A stretch of DNA of 64,000 bases. Source: a virus. The stretch spans positions 1 through 64,000 of the IMG/VR virus record IMGVR_UViG_3300027974_001900; one strand, given 5' to 3'. Shown here in pieces: positions 56,016 through 64,000 of this stretch. Position 1 is the first letter of the stretch. Every line of letters begins with the position of its first letter. The notes below the pieces were generated by a model. That model was not told the DNA's origin, searched no databases, and saw only the letters and a program-made list of their open reading frames with translations. A program made the translations under genes and the position numbers.

Positions 56016-59000
56016 CTACTTGTTAGTTTCAGAATCTTTTACAACATTACCTTGATTATCTAAATGAAATCCTTTAGCAACATTATTTGTCTTATCGTAT
56101 TCTAGTTCAACTTCTACTTCACCACCAGCAATCAACTCTGCTTTAGAATAAGGCCAATTGTAAGCTAATTTATAACTATCATTAATTGGATCGTTCAAAG
56201 TTCTGTTGATAACATTTTTGTAATCAGTTTCTGCTCTATAGCTTACTTTAAATACTTTGAATCTTAGATTCTTTGGCAATGTATTGCCAAATTTTACTAA
56301 ATCATCATAAGAAAAAATATTGCTATTTTTTAGATCAAATTCAATTGTTTTATTATCCATTTCCATAGTTTTTGCTATGTCTGGCATTATTCCTTGCCAA
56401 ATTTTTATTAAATCACTTCTTGTTATAACTGATTTAAATTCTTCAAAGAAGAACAAAAATGGAGCAGAAACTTTTCCATAATCTTGTAATTTTAATGGAA
56501 TCTTAGAATTTCTTCTTATTCTCATAAAATCCATAAGAGGAGGCATAATGTATTTTTTGCTAAAATTATCCATTTTTATTAAATCTTGATCTTTGCCATA
56601 ATTTTTTTCAAATTTATCTAAATTTAAATATAAAAGTTTTTCTTCAATTTCATTTTCAAGATAAACTGGAACTATCACCAATGCCTCTTCAAATGTTTTT
56701 GATGTGGCAACTTCGCCAATTCTAATTCTTTCTTTCGGATTAAATCCAACTATGTCTAGCAAAGAGCCTGTTAATGTGTTTGAATTATCTGTTGCTTGAA
56801 AAAACAAACCCGTTGTATCATCAACATCAACACCTAACTGATGCCAAACTCCTCTTATTGCATCTCCAGGAGTTGTCCCACCTGAATCATAGCCAGAAGA
56901 ATTGGTTAGTTTTGCCATTGTTCCGGAAAAATTTAAATTAGCAGTTGGATTTGTCCATTTAACATACGGAGTCCAAGTTTTATTAGTCTCTGAAAATCCA
57001 AAAATTTCTACACAATCTCCTAGATTTACTGCCTTATTAGCGACGGTAGATGATGTTACGAAAGAGCTTTCATAGGTTACTGTACTGTATCTCTTAATTT
57101 CATTAAAAGTAAATTGAGCACCTTTACCCGCGACAATCTGTACGCCAGCAGAAGCGGTAATCAAAGAGGGCTTAAACGTAATTGTTGCTGCAGCATAAGA
57201 AGCATTTTTCCAAGAAGAAGAAGGAGCTAAGTTTAAATCAGAATTAAACGAAGAGCCAGTAATTGTTTGCAAAGTAGCATCCCCACTTGTTGTTATCCAA
57301 GGTGGATTGTGGAAAATATATGGTCTTGGTCCAAAATTTTCTAAAGAAGAATAGGTTGTAAAATTAGGAGTCTTATTTATTACAAGTCTCATAGAGTAAT
57401 CTTTTGTTAAATCTGAGAAATACCAAAACTGTTCTGGGGTAGAACTTAACGATGGTAGTTTTTCATCTTTTATAAAAAATTCAACTATTTCTGAATAAAG
57501 ATTATTAGCTAGCTCTTTATAAGCAGAATCTTTTTGGAAACCTTTTTGTAATGTTGCAGAAGCACTATTAGCAAATTGTATATCCGGATCTGCATCATAG
57601 ATCTTTACATCTGCAAATTTACTTGGATCTAATGCTGCCTCAAATGGAATTTTTGTATAATAATTTCCATTTAAATTACCTGTTATTGCATTTGCACCTG
57701 TTGTACTTAAATCTGTCGTAACAACATTAAACGGCATTGCAATACCAGATTTTATTGAATTAAAAGTAATTCCAGGATAAAACAATGGTTGTAACGCTGG
57801 TTTAACCCAATAGTATGTTCCGCTATAAGATCCGGAAAATATAAAAGCCCCAGTGGCTGCATCAGTTATTGATACACCATTTTTAATAAAATATTTATAA
57901 AAATTCTTTGGTAAAACTTTGCTTAATTGTTCTGACGGGTAAAATTCTGATAATGGTACAAATTTTTTAACAGTATTTAAATTAAATTTAATTTTAGAAA
58001 TTTTTAAATCTTCATTTTTATTAAAATCAGGCAATACGTCTATAAAATCTGTATAGTTACGTCGGTCTGCGTAAAATTGACTTAAAGTTATTTGGCCAGT
58101 AGAATAATCGATATTAAAGCCTAATGGATCATATTCTGTTGATAATGAAACAATTAAATTATAAGAATCTATATATTCATAATTAACTGGTGGAGTTGTT
58201 CCTTCATTATAATAATTTCCTAACACAACTGTTGGATTATAAGAAGAAAAAACGGCATAATTTTTAAAATTATATTTTACGTCATAAGCTACAGTTTTGT
58301 AGCTATCATAATAAGGTACACTAACAGAATCCTGTATAGTGTTTTGTGGTCTATTGGTATTAAAATTTCTTCCAAATAAACATGTCCCAAGCATTTCGGT
58401 GCCATAAGGGGGAAATAAATAAGAACCAGTGAAATTAATGCCAGCATAACTATTTGAAATAAATGTTGGATTGTCTAAATGCATCAAAACACCAGATTTT
58501 TCTATAAATACAGTTCCGCTTTGATAAGTATAAGTATCCATAGGCCAAACGCTAGCATACTCTTTGCCACTTGCTGGATAGTTAAGTTGCCCTGCAGAAC
58601 TATCCTTTCCTGGATCCCAACCAAAAATTTGTGTTGACGCTCTTGAGCGATTATTAAAATTACTATTCCACGTATATAAAACACTTAGCAAACTTCTTCC
58701 TGTTGCTATGTTTCTATAAGAATTCTCTGTTTTTGGCCAAAGTTTTTCTTTATAATAAATTTTATTTATTTTTGAATTTGTTATGTTGTTTTGAATTTTT
58801 TCTTTATCAACTTCTAATAACTTATAAAACAAAGAACCGCTCTTATCTGCGTATCTTATGTTTCTTTCATCTTTATAAAGAGTATCTAATCTATCTAAAG
58901 AAATGTTGTAAAAATCTCCTAAATAAGAATAATTTGATGCAAATGGTAAAGAAATGTTTTCTTTATTACCATCACTTAAATTGTATTCTACAACTATATT

Positions 59001-60791
59001 TCTGTATTTAGAATTAATAGGAGATTGTTGATAATAAACAAATTGTTTTTTATCATCAATGTTTCCCACATAATTTGATTTTATAATTTCGAAATCAGCA
59101 CCAGAATAACCAATCCCAGAAACTACTGAACTTACTTGTTTTCTTGTTTTTAATCTAATTGGGTTGTAATAATTTGAAAGCTGTCTTTGTGTGCCAAACC
59201 CCATAAGCTTATTTCTAGAAATCAAATAAGTATTTAATGAAGTTGCACTACTGGCTGTAAATGTGGTTGAATAAGCAGAAAAACTCGAACTTTTAACCAT
59301 TTCATCTTGTGTTGTGTTAAATCCATAAGTTTCAAAATAGACGCTTCTATCTAAGGACTTACTTAAGAATGTTATCCCAGGATTTGAATAATCTTTTACA
59401 AAAACATTGTTATCAAACGACCCAGTTCCAAATCTTGAATTTATCCAACTGTACCCTCTAGGAGAAGCCGGTATTTCTCTTCTTATAAAAGCATTGTCGT
59501 ATTTTTTAACAATACCACCAGAAGATGTAATATTATAGTTTGTATTTCTTTGAATTCCGTGGAATGAAGCTGTCAAGCCATAACCAGCGGTTGTATAATT
59601 TCCGTACTCAGCATGATCAACTAAAAATTTCTTATTTAGGTAATAACGAGCAGAAGGATTTCTATAGTTAACTGTATTATACGGAGAAAATTGTCTTGAT
59701 GTTGGATCTAGATTTTGCGCTGCTCTTGTCTCTGGACCGCCTGGCGCTCCGAAAGTTTGAGCAATAATCATTTCACTATTTGTACCGTCACCAAGAGTAA
59801 AATCTTGTACTTGAAAATCTTGAGCGCCGGAAATGAACGGGCTATCAATAAGAGGGAAACTTGCAGTTGGATAAGATCTAAACCAGAGATTGTTTTCATT
59901 TCTATTTGTCGCCTGAAACACTTCATAATTTTTTGAGTAATTTCCGGCAATTCTTGGATCAGTTGTCTTAATTCTTTTTGTGCTTACAACTCTTCTAGCT
60001 CCACCTTCTCTAGAAAAACGAACTGCTAGTTTATTATAATTTGGAGTGGAGCCAAGAGGACTTGTAAAACTTATTGAAGTCCCAGAAGCAGAAATAGAGA
60101 ACATTTCTGGTCTATTAAACTGATTATCACTGCCAGTATTTATGGCAACATGTCTATGCGCATATCCACCAACATGTTGAGTAGTAAACGGACCTTGTAA
60201 TGTAGATTTTATATCTCCTTCATTATGTATTTTAGTTATGTCATAAGCCTTTGTAACACCAGAACTTGATAACACACTTCTATAACCATTAAAGTCAGAT
60301 GGAGCAATTATTGTCACGGGCATGTAGGAATTTTTTAATCCAACATTAGATCCATAAACTTTTATATTTCTTATGTACATTCCTGTTTTTGCAACCAAGT
60401 CTGCACTTTGCTGTTCTGTAAACGTTATTACTTGAGTTGGATCTCTTTGCAATAATTCATTAACATAACCATATATCTTTTGCTCATCAGTATTGTATCC
60501 TTGAGTATACGAAAAACTTGTTAAAGACTCTTTTAGTTTAACAACATTAACTTGGTCTTTATTATAATCTGTATACACAGAATCATGAACTTGTGTTCTT
60601 GTTTCTGTATTAGTTCCACTAGTAAATAAATTAGTATCGTTTCTGTTGGCATAATATTTGTAAAAAGTATCTAAAGGATTAGTTTCTGAAGTGTAAAGAT
60701 AAGAGCGGGATTTAAAGGCATCGCCTTTTATCTTTTCTTCGTCCTGAGAAACTACATTATATTTTATTTTGTTTCTTGTGCTTTGGCTCAT
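56016..60791 (-). CDS. Very large virion structural protein, baseplate region
   Basis: 1591 aa, Ser/Thr/Gly-rich; QGPFTTQHVGGYAHRH, FGAPGGPE, YNWPY. Confidence 0.6.
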   Translation of the reverse strand: MSQSTRNKIKYNVVSQDEEKIKGDAFKSRSYLYTSETNPLDTFYKYYANRNDTNLFTSGTNTETRTQVHDSVYTDYNKDQVNVVKLKESLTSFSYTQGYNTDEQKIYGYVNELLQRDPTQVITFTEQQSADLVAKTGMYIRNIKVYGSNVGLKNSYMPVTIIAPSDFNGYRSVLSSSGVTKAYDITKIHNEGDIKSTLQGPFTTQHVGGYAHRHVAINTGSDNQFNRPEMFSISASGTSISFTSPLGSTPNYNKLAVRFSREGGARRVVSTKRIKTTDPRIAGNYSKNYEVFQATNRNENNLWFRSYPTASFPLIDSPFISGAQDFQVQDFTLGDGTNSEMIIAQTFGAPGGPETRAAQNLDPTSRQFSPYNTVNYRNPSARYYLNKKFLVDHAEYGNYTTAGYGLTASFHGIQRNTNYNITSSGGIVKKYDNAFIRREIPASPRGYSWINSRFGTGSFDNNVFVKDYSNPGITFLSKSLDRSVYFETYGFNTTQDEMVKSSSFSAYSTTFTASSATSLNTYLISRNKLMGFGTQRQLSNYYNPIRLKTRKQVSSVVSGIGYSGADFEIIKSNYVGNIDDKKQFVYYQQSPINSKYRNIVVEYNLSDGNKENISLPFASNYSYLGDFYNISLDRLDTLYKDERNIRYADKSGSLFYKLLEVDKEKIQNNITNSKINKIYYKEKLWPKTENSYRNIATGRSLLSVLYTWNSNFNNRSRASTQIFGWDPGKDSSAGQLNYPASGKEYASVWPMDTYTYQSGTVFIEKSGVLMHLDNPTFISNSYAGINFTGSYLFPPYGTEMLGTCLFGRNFNTNRPQNTIQDSVSVPYYDSYKTVAYDVKYNFKNYAVFSSYNPTVVLGNYYNEGTTPPVNYEYIDSYNLIVSLSTEYDPLGFNIDYSTGQITLSQFYADRRNYTDFIDVLPDFNKNEDLKISKIKFNLNTVKKFVPLSEFYPSEQLSKVLPKNFYKYFIKNGVSITDAATGAFIFSGSYSGTYYWVKPALQPLFYPGITFNSIKSGIAMPFNVVTTDLSTTGANAITGNLNGNYYTKIPFEAALDPSKFADVKIYDADPDIQFANSASATLQKGFQKDSAYKELANNLYSEIVEFFIKDEKLPSLSSTPEQFWYFSDLTKDYSMRLVINKTPNFTTYSSLENFGPRPYIFHNPPWITTSGDATLQTITGSSFNSDLNLAPSSSWKNASYAAATITFKPSLITASAGVQIVAGKGAQFTFNEIKRYSTVTYESSFVTSSTVANKAVNLGDCVEIFGFSETNKTWTPYVKWTNPTANLNFSGTMAKLTNSSGYDSGGTTPGDAIRGVWHQLGVDVDDTTGLFFQATDNSNTLTGSLLDIVGFNPKERIRIGEVATSKTFEEALVIVPVYLENEIEEKLLYLNLDKFEKNYGKDQDLIKMDNFSKKYIMPPLMDFMRIRRNSKIPLKLQDYGKVSAPFLFFFEEFKSVITRSDLIKIWQGIMPDIAKTMEMDNKTIEFDLKNSNIFSYDDLVKFGNTLPKNLRFKVFKVSYRAETDYKNVINRTLNDPINDSYKLAYNWPYSKAELIAGGEVEVELEYDKTNNVAKGFHLDNQGNVVKDSETNK

Positions 60792-60802
60792 ACTTCACTC
60801 TC

Positions 60803-63800
60803 TTAAGATTTAATTAAAGAACCTATTGGTTTTATGCCTTCTTTACCCGTCGCTCCATTATTTATATCTGCCTTGCCAACATATAAATATTGATCCCCAG
60901 CATTATTTTTTGCATCTTTCACATAATAAATAAATGATTTTGGATAAATTTGTTTCTTTACTTTATTTCTTTGTAAAATTGTATTTTCAATAATTGTTCT
61001 TGCTTTTTCTGAAACATTTGCAGATGCTGGTATTAAATTTCCTAAAATTCCATCTAATGCATCGTCAATCCATTTGTACACTTCAACGTATCTTTCTAAA
61101 TCTATCGTATTTTGTATTTTTTCAAAAAAGATTCTTCTAAAAAAGTCTAAATCTTTATACTCAAATCTATACTCCGCTAACGGATCGGCAATAAGATTAT
61201 TAAATTCTACTATTGATCCAAAGAAATTTAACATGTTTTTAGAAATAATGTCATACATGCTTGTTTCAATTGCAAAGAAAAACTTTTCTGGTCTATCTTG
61301 TTTTGTATAATAATCATCATTACTTTCTAAAATGTTAACCAAATTACTTGAAAGTATATTTTCTGGGTCTTGTTGTTCTTGTCCATAAATCATTTCTTTT
61401 GATTTAATTGTGACTGATGGTTCAAATCCATACCCTGCGGCTGTATAAACTTTTGATTTAAAATTCGACAAGTAGCCAGTTGCGTATGGTGCAGAAACAG
61501 AACCAGAAGTTAAGTCATTTATGTAAAAAACATTACCAGATGCATCACTAGAAGTTATAGTAGAATAATCCCAGTGAAGTATAAGTGTTTCTGCTTTTGG
61601 TATGTAAGTACTATTACCTATCAAAGCATTCTGACTAACGTTCTTTCTACCAACATTATTTGCATTTTTTGAATGCTCTTTTAGTTCATAAGAACTTAAC
61701 TGATCCATCCAAACCATAGTTGATGCAATTCTATGGTTACTAGAATAATTTATCGTTCCTGTTGTATTTGTTCTTTCTGCTCCAACATAAACTCTCTTAT
61801 TAGAAGAGAAAAAAGCAGAAGCACTTGCTTGACTTAGGGAAGAAGTTAGTTCAAAACTGTTAAAAGTATCATCATTGATGTAAGAGTACCCAGAAAACTT
61901 AACGATGAATCCAGGATTTGTTAAAACTTTTTCTTGGTAAACCTGAAACGAGATATTCCAAAGATTATTGTTGTAAAATTCATCAAAATAACTTGATGTT
62001 AGATCTATACCATGTTTAGCAGAGTAAAGCTGGAAATAAGCTTTATCATCTCTTTCACAATATCTAACGCTAAAGGATGCGCTATCTTGTGCAACATTTG
62101 TCACAGAAGAGGATGTATCACTTGCGCCTCTTGTTCCAAACAAAGAATAGGTTTTTAAATTACTTTTCTCTGCTGCTGTTTCATAAATGTTTATTGGTTT
62201 TGATGGAAAATAAAAATTACTTTCAAAACAAATAGCACCAGTAATGTTACCAGATGATGTTATACAAGAGGTTGTATTTGAATCGGAGCTGTTATAATAA
62301 GAGTAAATTACAGAATTAGAATTCTGATTATATCTATAATTTGTTTGATCTAATACGTCTTTCTTAATCGATCGATTTACATAAGAACTTGTTAGTTGAT
62401 AATTTGTTTTATTAGAATAAATGTTAAGTTTGTATAGATCATCATCTGCGCCAAAACATTTAATTAAGTTTCTAAAAGACTTCTCAGTTCCTTTAGATTT
62501 ATAAATAACATCTAAATTGTTATAGATATTCTTGTAAACAATGTTTTTTAAATCATTAATTAAAACTGTATATTCTTTTTGATTATTTTGGGATACTACA
62601 GAAGATAGCTCGTCAAGACTTATAAACAAATTTGGAGTTTCAAAGCCCGCAGATGATAACAATAAATCATTAAATGGAGCTTCACTTCCGCTGTATTGTA
62701 AATAATCTTTGTTCTTTATATCTTTTGATTTATCAATCTGTAAATAAAGGGTATCTAAATAACTGGAGATTACTTGTGTAAAATTTAGTAATGTTTCTCC
62801 ATTTTGTAAATCATCATCAACTATCCAAGATGGTAATAAATTTTTTAAACTAAAATTATTTGTATAATCATGAGAATCAGCTAAATACAATTTTTCTGTC
62901 AAAAAAGACTGGACGCTGGGATTATCGTAATAAGTTATTGGAGAGCCAACTTCTATATTTTGCGTAGCTGTACTTATTGCTGATCCTGTATTGCGGCTAG
63001 TAGTAGAATAGCCAGTAAACGTTCCATTACATAAATGTCCAGAATAATCTAATACAACTGAATCTGTTGAATTCGCTCCTACTATACCTTCGTTAAATTT
63101 AAAATAAACACCTAAATTTATATTAGCATCATCAGTATTTGCCCCGCCGCCAACATTCTTAAAATAATTTAAACCTATTTGTTGGGCGTCTCTTTTTGTG
63201 TTCCAGAATCTAAATTCGTCAACAGATCCAGATAATTTTCCATAACCAGTTAAATCAGTTGAAGAGTTGTATTTGCCACCAAGAGCACCAATATAACCAA
63301 GGCAAGATCCTGTAATATTTACAATCGTCGCTGATTGAGTGCTCGTTGTTTTATAGGCTCCATCTAGATAAAAATCTATGCTATAACCATTAGAAGAAGT
63401 GCCATATACAAAAGCATAATGATGCCAATTTGAATCAGCTATGGTTGTAAGACCAGTATTAAATCCTATAGAAAACTGTGATGTTGAAGTACCAGAATAA
63501 AATTCTGTATATATCGAAGATGTGTTTGAAGAACCACCAGATACATAAATTGCCACTCTTTTATCTGAGTCGCTTGTTCTAGTGTAAAAGATACACTCTT
63601 TATTGGTCTGTGAGGACGTGTTTGTAAAAGAATTCTTCTTCAGCCAAAATTCAATAGTACTACCAGATGTAAAAATAAATCTAGTATTTTCTCTTCTTAA
63701 ATTTGTTGGATCATAAATATTACTTTTTGTTTGATTAAAAAAACTAATATATTCTGGTGCGCTTGATGAACCAAAACCGTTGTTTAGGTTACTTGCTCCT

Positions 63801-64000
63801 GCCCATGTTCTACCAAATTCAACATAACCTGTTGATCTTGGATACTCAAAACTATAAATATATCTTTCTAGTGGGTTTAAATCATTTTCAAACTTTAACT
63901 GTTCATATTTTGAACCGTCATAAGGAAAATAGTCTGTAATTCTTCCAACTATATTTTCATAATATTTTCTAGCCAATCCAAATTTTGCAAAGTTTTTTGG
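60803..64000 (-). CDS. Baseplate wedge-like protein with LamG/concanavalin domains; 5' end outside the window
   Basis: Frame is open to the window edge (PKNFAKFGLARKYY); TIEFWLK, WHHYAF, GSVDEFRFW, YKSKGTEKS, IIENTILQRNK. Confidence 0.75.
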   Translation of the reverse strand, partial: PKNFAKFGLARKYYENIVGRITDYFPYDGSKYEQLKFENDLNPLERYIYSFEYPRSTGYVEFGRTWAGASNLNNGFGSSSAPEYISFFNQTKSNIYDPTNLRRENTRFIFTSGSTIEFWLKKNSFTNTSSQTNKECIFYTRTSDSDKRVAIYVSGGSSNTSSIYTEFYSGTSTSQFSIGFNTGLTTIADSNWHHYAFVYGTSSNGYSIDFYLDGAYKTTSTQSATIVNITGSCLGYIGALGGKYNSSTDLTGYGKLSGSVDEFRFWNTKRDAQQIGLNYFKNVGGGANTDDANINLGVYFKFNEGIVGANSTDSVVLDYSGHLCNGTFTGYSTTSRNTGSAISTATQNIEVGSPITYYDNPSVQSFLTEKLYLADSHDYTNNFSLKNLLPSWIVDDDLQNGETLLNFTQVISSYLDTLYLQIDKSKDIKNKDYLQYSGSEAPFNDLLLSSAGFETPNLFISLDELSSVVSQNNQKEYTVLINDLKNIVYKNIYNNLDVIYKSKGTEKSFRNLIKCFGADDDLYKLNIYSNKTNYQLTSSYVNRSIKKDVLDQTNYRYNQNSNSVIYSYYNSSDSNTTSCITSSGNITGAICFESNFYFPSKPINIYETAAEKSNLKTYSLFGTRGASDTSSSVTNVAQDSASFSVRYCERDDKAYFQLYSAKHGIDLTSSYFDEFYNNNLWNISFQVYQEKVLTNPGFIVKFSGYSYINDDTFNSFELTSSLSQASASAFFSSNKRVYVGAERTNTTGTINYSSNHRIASTMVWMDQLSSYELKEHSKNANNVGRKNVSQNALIGNSTYIPKAETLILHWDYSTITSSDASGNVFYINDLTSGSVSAPYATGYLSNFKSKVYTAAGYGFEPSVTIKSKEMIYGQEQQDPENILSSNLVNILESNDDYYTKQDRPEKFFFAIETSMYDIISKNMLNFFGSIVEFNNLIADPLAEYRFEYKDLDFFRRIFFEKIQNTIDLERYVEVYKWIDDALDGILGNLIPASANVSEKARTIIENTILQRNKVKKQIYPKSFIYYVKDAKNNAGDQYLYVGKADINNGATGKEGIKPIGSLIKS

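Noticed and set aside
426-63939. All plus-strand ORFs and short nested minus-strand ORFs in the track
   Set aside because: They lie on top of longer motif-bearing minus-strand genes and have no recognisable motifs; the Ser- and Arg/Leu-rich ones at 32057-32755 simply mirror the acidic tract
1-64000. Alternative genetic code (stop codon reassignment)
   Set aside because: Core genes are full length in the standard code, and TAA, TAG and TGA all end genes at sensible boundaries
1-64000. CRISPR array, tRNA genes or large ncRNA
   Set aside because: Intergenic gaps are short and explained by promoters, terminators or micro-ORFs; no repeat-spacer or cloverleaf pattern was seen by eye (no covariance search run)

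Overview
This 64 kb window is part of a large, AT-rich myovirus genome with T4-like core genes. Every credible gene is on the minus strand and reads in the standard code. In transcription order (right to left): baseplate and tail-fibre-type genes (64000-46491); a RuvC / primase / Mre11-Rad50-fusion operon; a head module (terminase, portal, prohead protease, ribosomal protein bS21, scaffold, major capsid); neck, sheath, two tube genes, a candidate frameshifted chaperone pair, tape measure and hub genes; then a replication and nucleotide module (compact PolA, tubulin homologue, gp32-like SSB, UvsX, RNase H/FEN, helicase, NrdJ, GroES-like, IMPDH/GMP-reductase-like, and a PurA homologue at 1-1002 missing from the ORF track). 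The strongest lead is the PurA homologue. It keeps the catalytic, IMP and GTP motifs, so it is not PurZ, but its aspartate pocket is rewritten (TRVG->TYDG, GATTGR->GVTIYR) and it sits next to a GMP-reductase-like gene, suggesting a different amine substrate. Two promoter classes can be read directly: a late motif ACTATTTA 21-29 nt before ten starts, and sigma70-type promoters, three overlapping hairpins and two apparently leaderless. Protein assignments come from motif recognition by eye; no searches were run.
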